A stretch of 63,924 bases of DNA, taken from the IMG/VR virus record IMGVR_UViG_3300031687_000009, positions 1 through 63,924 of that record; one strand, written 5' to 3'. This stretch comes from a virus (lineage: Duplodnaviria; Caudoviricetes). How positions within the stretch are numbered: the stretch's first letter is position 1; every line of letters begins with the position of its first letter. The notes under the pieces are model-generated. The model did not search any database, had not been told where the DNA came from, and worked only from the letters and a program-made list of their open reading frames with translations. Position numbers and translations under genes: made by a program. Shown in pieces: positions 47,633-56,931 of this stretch.

Positions 47633-48997
47633 TTATATTTCTTGAATAAGTACTCTTATATCATTTGTTGTAGGCGCTGTTGTAAAACTTACAGTTACAA
47701 CATTGACGCTAGTTCTTACAACATCAGCATACACTGTGTCATAAGTTGATAGATCATAAAGTTGTACTATAACGTCAAAATTATTTAAATTATGTGTGAT
47801 TGTATATGACAGGGCTGATCCATTACCTATTGATGTGGTAAATGTCTTAGGTGCAAGTTGCACCCAACCAGCTGTGTCTACTGTAAAACTAGCTGAATCA
47901 TAACCAGATATACCTTTTATAGCGGCGCCTGAGGTGGCCGCTGCGGTAGCTATGTCTATATTACTCTGAACAACTGTCCAGTTAGCCAATGCGCTACCAG
48001 CTGCTGCGGCCGTTGCTACTTCCGCAATTAAAAAGTCTCCTATCCTTACTTGTTCTGAGAAGAATAAACCATCTACAGTAACTGTGTAAGTATCTCCTAC
48101 AGCTATTGCAATATTTCCACTACTTACATTGCTACCCATATTTAAATGGTAATAACATATATAATTTAAGCTTGGTACACCAACTGGTAAAGTTACAGTT
48201 ATTTTTCTTGCAGTTGCTGCCGCAAATCCACTTATGTAAGCATTATAAGTTACTACAGCACCGTCTAAATAATAAACAACTCCAGTACTGTAAACACCAG
48301 CTGCAGCATTTGTTGTACTTAATAACAATGGATGCGGTGCATTACTAGCATCATCTTGATTTATAGTGTATGCAGTTCCTGGTATTAGCGTTAAAGTTTG
48401 TTGCTGTATACCGTTTATAAAATATCTATTACCAGCAGCTACTGCTTGAACTGTTATAGTATAAGTTGCTGCACTTGTAGATGAATCTAAATCAGGTGTA
48501 TTTGTAGACGCATTATATCCGCCTTTATAAGTTAAACCACCAACAACAGCATTATCAACATATGCTTTTGTTGCTGCATCTTGTGCGGCTGCAGGATCAG
48601 TAACATTTATAATTTTATTACTACCCATGTCCACATTAGCAGTAGCTGTAGCTAATGAACTTATAGGTGTACCTACAACAAAGTCATATATCTGATCACC
48701 TGTAGCAAGTGCTGTACTATTATTTGCAACTGTAGCAGTTACTATAGCTAATTGAACTATAGGACCTGTTCCGTTTGTTACAGTTAATTGATTAGCTGTA
48801 CTTGTTGAAATTTCAGTAATATCACCAGAAAAAGAAGACCAAGCTGTTCCATTGTAAAAGTATATATTATTATCCGTAGAGTCATAGTATATCTGGCCAG
48901 CGACAGCATTAGCGGGTGCAGTTGCTAGCACCTGTATTACAGCATTTTGTAGCTGATTCTTGTTTAAATCAAGATTGTTTAAAAAATTTATTGCCAT
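47633..48997 (-). CDS. Tail fibre protein with an inserted cupredoxin-like domain
   Basis: LDLNKNQLQNA, DAATKAYVD, HP...CYYHLNMG insert and C-terminal ITHNL. Confidence 0.7.
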   Translation of the reverse strand: MAINFLNNLDLNKNQLQNAVIQVLATAPANAVAGQIYYDSTDNNIYFYNGTAWSSFSGDITEISTSTANQLTVTNGTGPIVQLAIVTATVANNSTALATGDQIYDFVVGTPISSLATATANVDMGSNKIINVTDPAAAQDAATKAYVDNAVVGGLTYKGGYNASTNTPDLDSSTSAATYTITVQAVAAGNRYFINGIQQQTLTLIPGTAYTINQDDASNAPHPLLLSTTNAAAGVYSTGVVYYLDGAVVTYNAYISGFAAATARKITVTLPVGVPSLNYICYYHLNMGSNVSSGNIAIAVGDTYTVTVDGLFFSEQVRIGDFLIAEVATAAAAGSALANWTVVQSNIDIATAAATSGAAIKGISGYDSASFTVDTAGWVQLAPKTFTTSIGNGSALSYTITHNLNNFDVIVQLYDLSTYDTVYADVVRTSVNVVTVSFTTAPTTNDIRVLIQEI

Positions 48998-49002
48998 TTT
49001 TT

Positions 49003-49698
49003 TTAGTTTAAATATGCATTACCACTTGTTGCGGAATTGAATACTACTGTTATTTTGTTTTCATTATTGTAAGTTACAGCACCTGTGATTTCGCTACCAG
49101 CTGAATCTACAGTAGTTATACTTGGAAATCTACCTAAGTTATGTTGTATTACCCATGTTGATAATGGATTTGGAAAATCTTGATCATATTCAAAACCTTC
49201 ACCTCCAAATGGTTGAAGAGATATGATATCATTGCCAACTAATCCAGAAGCTCCTTGAGGTTCTAATGAAAAAAGAAAAGCTTCACCAGATTGTTTTGTT
49301 GAAGAGCTTTTAACTCTAAATAAACCATAACCTTTATCAGTGGAAGTTCCTATATCTAGTATTCTAATTAGTTGATTAACTAAATGAGGTACCATAGGCG
49401 TAACATCTTCTCCGTTTCTGTTAAACCTACTTATAGCTATTCCAGTTATCTGTGCCCAGTTATATATAATTGGTGCACTTGGATCTACTTGATATCTATA
49501 CTCTCCTGTGTTTATTACTTCAGTGCTGTAAGTTCCAGCAAAGTTATATTGAAATAATGCATTACCGCTTTGTTCAAAATACTGTGCAAGTTCTTCAACC
49601 TGGTAATTTTTAGTAGCATTACCGTTTATATCAGTCCCAACAAGTTTATCACCACCAGTTATAGCAGTATCATTGGGATAAAGTTTTATTCTTGCCAT
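49003..49698 (-). CDS. Structural protein (fibre anchor-like)
   Basis: MARI..Y..D.....DKLVGTD N-terminus shared with 53130..55250; C-terminal W.I.HNLG.FPS.T.VDS. Confidence 0.65.
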   Translation of the reverse strand: MARIKLYPNDTAITGGDKLVGTDINGNATKNYQVEELAQYFEQSGNALFQYNFAGTYSTEVINTGEYRYQVDPSAPIIYNWAQITGIAISRFNRNGEDVTPMVPHLVNQLIRILDIGTSTDKGYGLFRVKSSSTKQSGEAFLFSLEPQGASGLVGNDIISLQPFGGEGFEYDQDFPNPLSTWVIQHNLGRFPSITTVDSAGSEITGAVTYNNENKITVVFNSATSGNAYLN

Positions 49699-49707
49699 AT
49701 TGTTTTT

Positions 49708-50520
49708 TTATGGAAATTGATTTCCAGTAGCTTGAGTATTAAGACCAGTAGCACATGGTACTGTTGATGTTTTTGTAACTTGAAAGTTAAAAGAAGGAGC
49801 ATAAGAACCTGTATAAGTCCATTCTGCAGAAGCTCCACTTTCACTAGTTTGAAAAGCTGTATCAGATGTAACAGATTGACCACCCGCATCAACACTATAG
49901 TAAGATGAAGGAGATGACCAAGTTCCACCTGAGCCACTAATTTCTGATACAACTTGTTTTGTTGGAGAATTAGATGCAGCTGTTGTCCATACTATTGAAA
50001 ATTTAGATCCAGTAGACCAATTAACTTGACCACCTATTGTAACAGTATTTCTAGTTATTACAGAAGCTACAGCTATAGTATGACCGCCAGTAACAGTTAC
50101 ATTTACTGGTCCAGCAGCTTGAATAACATTACTTGTTGTCGTTAAACCAACAGGATCAAATGCAGTGCTACCTTGAGTTGATATTGTTGCAGTAGGGTTT
50201 CTAACACCAGCACCACAAGCTCCGTTAGCTGCAATAGCTAATTGATATGTTGTTGGACTTACCGATAGCACTTGAGTACCAGCAAGACCAGTTGCACCTA
50301 AAGAACCTAATACAGTAAATGAAGATCCAACGTCTCCGGATACTGTATATGGTTGGTTTTGAACTGCATTTGTTATATTAGAACCAGCATTATCAAATGC
50401 TGCCGCAGTTATAGATGACTCATTAGGAAATATTTGATTAATTCCCACATAAGCATTTAAGATATTTTTCTCACCTATTTTTAAAGCGGCTAAAGCGTTG
50501 TTTGATAAATTTAATGGCAT
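49708..50520 (-). CDS. Putative fibre/decoration protein
   Basis: S/T/G/A-rich beta protein; K.G...I..AY.G..QIFP N-terminus. Confidence 0.6.
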   Translation of the reverse strand: MPLNLSNNALAALKIGEKNILNAYVGINQIFPNESSITAAAFDNAGSNITNAVQNQPYTVSGDVGSSFTVLGSLGATGLAGTQVLSVSPTTYQLAIAANGACGAGVRNPTATISTQGSTAFDPVGLTTTSNVIQAAGPVNVTVTGGHTIAVASVITRNTVTIGGQVNWSTGSKFSIVWTTAASNSPTKQVVSEISGSGGTWSSPSSYYSVDAGGQSVTSDTAFQTSESGASAEWTYTGSYAPSFNFQVTKTSTVPCATGLNTQATGNQFP

Positions 50521-50521
50521 A

Positions 50522-50914
50522 CTACGTTGCTGTTATTAAGTATACGGTTTCTGGTAAGTAACTGTCTATAGTATAACCAGTTGTAGCTGTAGAAGTGTAT
50601 GCAGCTATTGATACGGTTACACTTGTGGCCGTTGGTATTGCTGTTACTGTAGCTACAGTTCTAGTAGTATTGCTACCAGTTGTTCCAGTTACGTAAACAG
50701 AATCTCCTACAACAAATGGATTTGGAGCCGTAAAGCCTGTGAATGCTAGACTTGTAGCACTTGTAGGAGCTGTGGCTAATATAGCACTTGTTTTTTTCAA
50801 AGCATTATACTGAGCCTGTGTTCCTTTCCAAAAGTCTAATAAATTATTCTTTTCATTACCAGCTGTTGCACTGTAGTACGGTTGACCACCTATTATTTGT
50901 GTTAAATTTGCCAT
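50522..50914 (-). CDS. Small fibre-associated protein
   Basis: W.GTQAQY.AL ... T.YLIT motif of the minor-tail gp31_C type. Confidence 0.55.
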   Translation of the reverse strand: MANLTQIIGGQPYYSATAGNEKNNLLDFWKGTQAQYNALKKTSAILATAPTSATSLAFTGFTAPNPFVVGDSVYVTGTTGSNTTRTVATVTAIPTATSVTVSIAAYTSTATTGYTIDSYLPETVYLITAT

Positions 50915-50917
50915 TTT

Positions 50918-51073
50918 TTATTTTTTATAAGGTATTTTTTTGTTTAACCATTCTTTACGTTCATCACATCCACAACCGTTGCCAAATATAGATTTTACAA
51001 TTGTTTTTATTCCTGTGGACGAAGTAAATCTTTCAACAGTATCACCAAAACCTTTATCGCTTATAGTAGCCAT
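50918..51073 (-). CDS. 51-aa CGC-motif protein (KGFGDTVERFT..TGIK...GCGCDERKEWLN)
   Basis: Read by hand; fills the gap in the operon and overlaps the upstream ORF. Confidence 0.65.
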   Translation of the reverse strand: MATISDKGFGDTVERFTSSTGIKTIVKSIFGNGCGCDERKEWLNKKIPYKK

Positions 51074-51284
51074 CCTGAGCGTTTCTTACTAGGTTTAAAA
51101 CTTTATTTATTACTTCTGGTCCTTGAAAACTTAAACCCTCGTATTGCAACATAGGCACATTTTCTGGTGTAAATCCTCTATACTTTTTACTACTTATATT
51201 AAATGTAGTTGTTTGGATTTTTTTTGGTATATCTAATTGATCGCAAAAATTACAATCATCTTTTGTAAAAATTTTTATTTCCAT
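51054..51284 (-). CDS. Glutaredoxin/NrdH-like protein
   Basis: IKIFTKDDCNFC (CxxC) and the VP cis-Pro motif. Confidence 0.6.
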   Translation of the reverse strand: MEIKIFTKDDCNFCDQLDIPKKIQTTTFNISSKKYRGFTPENVPMLQYEGLSFQGPEVINKVLNLVRNAQDGYYKR

Positions 51285-51308
51285 TTTATTTAATTTAATT
51301 TAATTTAA

Positions 51309-52580
51309 TTATTGACAAGGAGGCCTAGTGCATCCTAAATTATTAGTCGGCGTTGGACTTCCATTTTGATTACTCCAGCTTCCACCACCACATACTAAAG
51401 GTGGATTTGCTACTGAACAAGCTCCAGAAGCTCCAGTTACAACAGGAGCTGTAACGATAGTTATATTAGTTCCGTTTTGCTGAAGAGTACAATTTGCTAC
51501 TAATTGTGCTGCACTCATACCCGCACCTCCACCTGGACAAACTATAGTCCATTGTGCCGTTATACCAGATACTCCAAATGTTACGTCTTGAGAACCTCCA
51601 TTACTTAAACCACTAACGTTAGGACTTCCACTCAAATTGAAATTATTAGTATCTACAGTAGGTGAGCTAAATGAACCAAAGCATGAATTTGCTGCTGGAG
51701 GATTACTTGCTGGATTACAATTAGTACCTGAACATGTTGCTGATACAGACACCCCTGAACGAGCTGCAGGATAAATTCCACCTGGACAACTAGTAAAACC
51801 AATGTAAGTTCCTGAATAACTATAACCTAAACACAATACATTAGCTGTAACTGTTCCTGATGACTGTGGAAAGCCACCTGTGTCACTAAAATTAGTTGAA
51901 CCACTATTATATCCAGATTTGCTAGAACTAAATGAAGCGTTACAAGTAACACCGCAGCCATTTCCATAAGCTCCGCCTGCTAAATTGGGTCTATTATAAC
52001 CATACCATGTATCACTATTACCACTACCAGCATTTTGAGTACCTGAACCTGTAGTTCCACCAACACAACCAGAATCTGCACTTGCAGACCAATTGTATGT
52101 TCCTAAAGCAGAACCATTGCTAGTTGTTGTTGTAGGATAAGCACCATTATTTGTAACAACAAGGTTTGGTAATTGTACTTGTGTTGCTCCGTTTACTGTC
52201 AAAGTAACTGTTACTCCTTGAGTTGGATACGTACCGCTAACATTTAAAGTTGCTGTAGTAGATCCTTGACCGCTTATAGAAGCATTAACATTGTTTCCAC
52301 TGTCTCCAGCTTCAGCAACGGTAACTGTACCGTTAAATATTCTACCACTATCAGTAGTTATAGTTCTAGTAAAAGAAGAAAATGATGCACCAGGAGTTCC
52401 TATTGATGAAAACTGAGTTGTACTCATAGTAGCACCAGAAATAGCATCTACAAAATTAATTGTAATTGCTAATGTGTTTACATAGAACTGATCGGTTTGT
52501 TTATAACCATTCTGTATCTCAGTTGATCCTTTTCTTAGGTTACCACTGGAAACTTCGTTACTTCCTTTATATATTGGCAT
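51309..52580 (-). CDS. Cys-rich fibre/receptor-binding protein
   Basis: S/T/G-rich, with 14 Cys in the C-terminal ~250 aa. Confidence 0.6.
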   Translation of the reverse strand: MPIYKGSNEVSSGNLRKGSTEIQNGYKQTDQFYVNTLAITINFVDAISGATMSTTQFSSIGTPGASFSSFTRTITTDSGRIFNGTVTVAEAGDSGNNVNASISGQGSTTATLNVSGTYPTQGVTVTLTVNGATQVQLPNLVVTNNGAYPTTTTSNGSALGTYNWSASADSGCVGGTTGSGTQNAGSGNSDTWYGYNRPNLAGGAYGNGCGVTCNASFSSSKSGYNSGSTNFSDTGGFPQSSGTVTANVLCLGYSYSGTYIGFTSCPGGIYPAARSGVSVSATCSGTNCNPASNPPAANSCFGSFSSPTVDTNNFNLSGSPNVSGLSNGGSQDVTFGVSGITAQWTIVCPGGGAGMSAAQLVANCTLQQNGTNITIVTAPVVTGASGACSVANPPLVCGGGSWSNQNGSPTPTNNLGCTRPPCQ

Positions 52581-52807
52581 TAGGTTACGAAATAAAGTGT
52601 ATTAGCGTCTTTAGGGCTTACAGCTGCATAAGCAGTTGCATCTCCAGTCCAAACTAAAACGTTTGAGGCTGAATTTTGATCATCTACAGAATTACCAACT
52701 GTTGCAGTAGTGGCTGTAGTGGCTAATGTAGCTAATGCAGCATCTGTAGCATTGTTTATTGTGTTAGTCGCTGTAGCGCCTGGGTAAAATGTTTTTGCGT
52801 TTGCCAT
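52580..52807 (-). CDS. Small fibre-associated protein
   Basis: VWTG....Y.A...KDANTLYFV motif; paralogous to 50522..50914. Confidence 0.6.
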   Translation of the reverse strand: MANAKTFYPGATATNTINNATDAALATLATTATTATVGNSVDDQNSASNVLVWTGDATAYAAVSPKDANTLYFVT

Positions 52808-52810
52808 AGC

Positions 52811-53125
52811 TTAAGTTATTAACCAACCAAAAGTAGCATTTACATATACTAAACGTATTGCCTGGTTGTTTGTTATTTCTATTGTTTGATTTGTTCCTTC
52901 GATATTTGCTGCAGCTATTGTAACTGTTTGATTTCCTACTTTTTTAATAAGAATTTCACCACCATCAGCTGTTACTGTTGCTGGTAATGTTACGGTAAAA
53001 GGTGCTGCTTGCTTGCAAACATATATTTTATTAATACCCATTGTGGTATTAGCCGTTATTTCAAAGGCTTGCGCGCCGGATATTCCTAGAAGGCCAGCGC
53101 TTGGTAGATCTATTGTAAGTCCCAT
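52811..53125 (-). CDS. Small fibre-associated protein
   Basis: TVTLP...G..I.IK...LVY..ATFGW.I module shared with the fibre C-termini. Confidence 0.6.
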   Translation of the reverse strand: MGLTIDLPSAGLLGISGAQAFEITANTTMGINKIYVCKQAAPFTVTLPATVTADGGEILIKKVGNQTVTIAAANIEGTNQTIEITNNQAIRLVYVNATFGWLIT

Positions 53126-53129
53126 ATTG

Positions 53130-55250
53130 TTAGTTTAGTATCCATCCGTCAGCAGCGACAGAATAGAATATTTCAAATGATTGAGTTGATGCATCTAAAA
53201 CTAACTCTGAAGCTCTCATTATTTTTTCAGTTCCATTTGGATCAAGCTTCCAAACGAAAGCATTTTCTTCTTCGTAAGTTACAGGTAGACCATTAGCGTC
53301 TAATTGTGACATGTTAGTGAATTTTATGCTTTGACCAGTTACACCCGCTGGAAGAGTTACGGTTCTATCTGCAGTAATATTACTTAATATATAATGATTA
53401 AAATTAACAACTGTTGTGTCTACCGTTAATGCACCACCAAAAGTATAACCTTGTTTTAAGGTTACAACACCATTAGCTGGTGCTGATATTATAAAGTTAT
53501 CAAAATCAATTGATACAACCGGTACATTAGTATTACCACCAAATGTATATGTAGCACCATTTGCAGATCCTAAAACACTAAGTGGATTATGAGATATAGC
53601 TTTTGTAGCTGTATCATAATACATATAATTTGTTTTAGCAGCTTGTGGTATACTATTAAACTTAACAACCTCTGAATCTATATTCAAAGCACTTGTAGAT
53701 ATATTTAAAGTACCATAACCTTGTCTACCAAAAGTAGCAATGTAAGTTGCGGTATCATATGCAACTACTAAATACATATTTATTGATGCATCAAGTAATT
53801 GACCTCCAGCTGCTGGAAAAGCAGTTGTATACGTACTGTCTACAAAGTATAAACTCTGACCAGTAGGTACATTTGCAAAATAAGCTGCAAAGTTAGTTTG
53901 ATTGCCAGTGTCTACAGCAAAAGAAGTAACGTCTTGCGCTATGCTTTCTGCTGTTGATAAAGATGGTGGGGTTGTTGCAGTTTGAAATAAAGCTCCTGCT
54001 GCATTTTGTATACCGTAGAAAAAACGGCCTGTTGTTATTGCTATTGGTGGACCAGCTAAAGTTTCGCTTAGTCCTGGTAATGCTTCTGCAACTCCAGAAG
54101 ATAATGCTGGAAGTTGAAACCAGTTATCATCAACTTTTATTGAAGAAAGATATCCTCTATTTGTTAAAGTACCCTGTGCTGCATTACCTGATACTTGTTG
54201 TACGGCTAAAGCAGTTCCAGATGCATCTTGTAGTACGCTTCCAGCATTTGAAAGTACACCTCTTGTGCCATCTGTAGCTATTGCTGTAAATGTATTTTGA
54301 CCCATAATGGTTCTACCGTCAGTAGAAGTAGCATTAGTGTCTTTTACTATATCTTTTGTAAATCTAGTTGCGTTTGTAATAAGGTTAGATCCAGTTCCAG
54401 TTCCTGAAACAGTAAGATCACTACCATCTGTGCTCATAAGCACATTATTAGTATCACCACCAAATTTTATACGACTTTCAGTTGTAGGTAATTTTATATC
54501 ACCATATACCGTAAGGTTATGTGGGTCTGTTATAGGTGATAACGTACCTATAGTAACATCACCATCCGGTACCTCAATATTACGAGTAACCTTAAGTGTA
54601 CCTATAGCCTGTGTTTCTATTTGAGTAGCACCTGTTAAGAAAGTGAACTCAGTAAAGGCAACTTGGCCTCCAGTGTATGTAGGCGCTGTTGTAACGTTAA
54701 ATGCCCAGTCTGTATATTTTACACTTCCGCTTGAAACATACTGAGTAGCGTTAGCTGCAGGGCTTGCATTAGAAAAGTCTGGAGTATTAAAAGCTGTAAC
54801 AGTTCCAGTATGAGCAACACCTCCGATAACACCTGACCATGTAGCTGAATTAGCTGCAAAGTCTGCTAGATCGTAATCAACGGCAAAAGAACCGTTGTTA
54901 TAATCTCTTATAATTAAAAAAACCTGACCACTACCTAATGTATTTAAGTAGATGTCTGCACCTGTATTGATTGTAGCACTTTTAAGAACAACATTGGTAA
55001 GCGTAGAGCCAGCTAAGGTTCTTACTAAAGCTCTTTCATAGTCAGTTCCTTCTCTATTAACAGTAAGCGCAAAACCTAAAGGTATTGTGTCTATTATATT
55101 AGCAGGAGAACCTGTTTGTATGTAAGTCTTTAGGCTATCAATTGTGTAATTTCTAGTTGCAAGCGATGAGGTTGATGCAGAGTCAGTACCAAGCAGCTTA
55201 TCGTTGCCTTCTATAATAGAGTCTATTGTATATGTACTGATTTTAGCCAT
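53130..55250 (-). CDS. Tail fibre/structural protein
   Basis: MAKISTY.ID.....DKLLGTD N-terminus; C-terminal TVTLP...KIM...LD....SFEIFY....GWI. Confidence 0.7.
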   Translation of the reverse strand: MAKISTYTIDSIIEGNDKLLGTDSASTSSLATRNYTIDSLKTYIQTGSPANIIDTIPLGFALTVNREGTDYERALVRTLAGSTLTNVVLKSATINTGADIYLNTLGSGQVFLIIRDYNNGSFAVDYDLADFAANSATWSGVIGGVAHTGTVTAFNTPDFSNASPAANATQYVSSGSVKYTDWAFNVTTAPTYTGGQVAFTEFTFLTGATQIETQAIGTLKVTRNIEVPDGDVTIGTLSPITDPHNLTVYGDIKLPTTESRIKFGGDTNNVLMSTDGSDLTVSGTGTGSNLITNATRFTKDIVKDTNATSTDGRTIMGQNTFTAIATDGTRGVLSNAGSVLQDASGTALAVQQVSGNAAQGTLTNRGYLSSIKVDDNWFQLPALSSGVAEALPGLSETLAGPPIAITTGRFFYGIQNAAGALFQTATTPPSLSTAESIAQDVTSFAVDTGNQTNFAAYFANVPTGQSLYFVDSTYTTAFPAAGGQLLDASINMYLVVAYDTATYIATFGRQGYGTLNISTSALNIDSEVVKFNSIPQAAKTNYMYYDTATKAISHNPLSVLGSANGATYTFGGNTNVPVVSIDFDNFIISAPANGVVTLKQGYTFGGALTVDTTVVNFNHYILSNITADRTVTLPAGVTGQSIKFTNMSQLDANGLPVTYEEENAFVWKLDPNGTEKIMRASELVLDASTQSFEIFYSVAADGWILN

Positions 55251-55251
55251 C

Positions 55252-55398
55252 TTATCCTTTTAATTTAGTTCCGCCTTGTGACATTTTTACTTTAGCAGTA
55301 ATAGGCATACATTGATTAGGGTTTTCTACTTTTTCAGGCTTTATTTCAAGTGGTCTAGTAAAAACGTTTTCTGGTTGTATTTTTAATCCTTTTTTCAT
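55252..55398 (-). CDS. 48-aa basic hypothetical protein (MKKGLKIQPENVF...PITAKVK)
   Basis: Read by hand; fills the gap between 55250 and 55412. Confidence 0.5.
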   Translation of the reverse strand: MKKGLKIQPENVFTRPLEIKPEKVENPNQCMPITAKVKMSQGGTKLKG

Positions 55399-55411
55399 TT
55401 TGTTTTTTTTA

Positions 55412-56224
55412 TTATACGTCAGTATCTGTTATTAATGCATGCACTACTCCATTAGCTGTACCTGTAGTTACCCAAAATTCAAAAGATTGAGCTAAAATAC
55501 CTTCATTCCATACTATTACATCATAACCGCCTAAATTTATAGAACCTTTTGTGTTAGATACATAAACTGGAACATCATAAACTAAATTATAAGCAATAGT
55601 ATCGTAATACTCATAACTAATAGTTGTTACTTTATCATTACCTTGATAAGCATTGTTTAATGTTATTATATTTTCAAATACAGAGAATCCATCTCCTTGA
55701 TGTAGTGTAGTTGCTGCTTGCGTAGAACTTTTTATTTTTAATACAGCATTTCTAATAGTTTGAGGTCTATTTAAAAGCTGGTAACCTGTAGTTGCATCTG
55801 AAGTGTAAGATGAAGTAAAACTAATCACTGCTGAAAAGGCAGTTGGTAGACTTGTTATAACACCATTTTCAGGAACGTTATTATTTCCCGTAGCATTAAA
55901 AACTTGTACTTTTTGACCTACATACCAATATAAATTAGTTATGATTTGGCTTAAACCTGTTAATGTCATTGTTGTTGCATTAGATGGAGCAGCGCTTAAG
56001 CCACCAGTTCTTGCATCATCATTGTAATTAGGTACCGTTATAGTTGTAATATTACCATTAGGTACTGTTAAAGCTTCATTTTCTACATTATAATTATATG
56101 CACCTGCACACATTCTTTTTCTAAGTACAACACCTTCTAATGTAGCATTAGCCGCTACAGTAAAGCTATTTATGGGTGTACCTGTGTCTGGATTTACTGA
56201 AGAAGTAATTGGTATTAATGCCAT
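55412..56224 (-). CDS. Putative structural protein
   Basis: Thr/Asn-rich beta protein; shares a YTS.ATTGY segment with 50522..50914. Confidence 0.55.
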   Translation of the reverse strand: MALIPITSSVNPDTGTPINSFTVAANATLEGVVLRKRMCAGAYNYNVENEALTVPNGNITTITVPNYNDDARTGGLSAAPSNATTMTLTGLSQIITNLYWYVGQKVQVFNATGNNNVPENGVITSLPTAFSAVISFTSSYTSDATTGYQLLNRPQTIRNAVLKIKSSTQAATTLHQGDGFSVFENIITLNNAYQGNDKVTTISYEYYDTIAYNLVYDVPVYVSNTKGSINLGGYDVIVWNEGILAQSFEFWVTTGTANGVVHALITDTDV

Positions 56225-56227
56225 TTT

Positions 56228-56677
56228 TTATTTTTTTTGTTTGTTGAATTCTTTTATTGCTTGGCTGTACACTTTGTCTATATAAGTGTCACGCTTCATG
56301 ATTTTATTTCTTCTCGCTGAATAAGGTAGTTCTTCTACTCCTATTAATATGCGATATATTCTTTTTATTAATAATTTACCTTTTTGACTTACTTTATATT
56401 TATTATGATCACCCTTTCGGCCACCACCTTTCCAGGACTTTTCAATCCATTGGTTTTTTTGTAATCTATAAAACCGGTCTTTATCCCATGAATAAAATAA
56501 AGTACCGGTCTTAAAATCTTCTATAGTAAAATATACTATTGGATCTAAATAAAATAATAGTTCTAAATCAGCTACACTTAACTCATTATTCTGAACCGCC
56601 CATCTAGATACTAATCTGTAGTATTTAAGGAAATCAATTTTTAATTCCCCACGTTGTGCGAAATCAGATCTTTTCAT
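56228..56677 (-). CDS. Winged-helix (MarR-like) DNA-binding protein
   Basis: LSVADLELLFYL ... RL....WI ... YKVSQKGK pattern. Confidence 0.55.
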   Translation of the reverse strand: MKRSDFAQRGELKIDFLKYYRLVSRWAVQNNELSVADLELLFYLDPIVYFTIEDFKTGTLFYSWDKDRFYRLQKNQWIEKSWKGGGRKGDHNKYKVSQKGKLLIKRIYRILIGVEELPYSARRNKIMKRDTYIDKVYSQAIKEFNKQKK

Positions 56678-56931
56678 TACATTACTGCTACAACGTCTCT
56701 TAACTGAATAACTTTGTATACTTCGTCTCCATATTCTACTGGAAAGCCTGATACACGGTCATAGAGTATCCTCTGACCACTTTTAAGAGCGTTTGGTCCA
56801 GAAGAGATAATATTAGCTTGTCTGTATCTTATATCTTCTCTATGCTTCTCTGATAGCTCTAAACCACCTTCGGTTTTTTTAGTAACTTCTACTATTTCAT
56901 CTATAACTATATAATTTCCTACTGCTTCCAT
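56677..56931 (-). CDS. groES: Co-chaperonin GroES
   Basis: A.GNYIVI....KTEGGL.L (mobile loop), G..ILY and DVVAV motifs; the ATG at 56931 overlaps the GroEL stop (TAATG). Confidence 0.8.
   Translation of the reverse strand: MEAVGNYIVIDEIVEVTKKTEGGLELSEKHREDIRYRQANIISSGPNALKSGQRILYDRVSGFPVEYGDEVYKVIQLRDVVAVM

Noticed and set aside
38614-56224. Diversity-generating retroelement or invertible fibre cassette
   Set aside because: No reverse transcriptase, recombinase or near-identical TR/VR pair was seen; the paralogous domains are diverged throughout.
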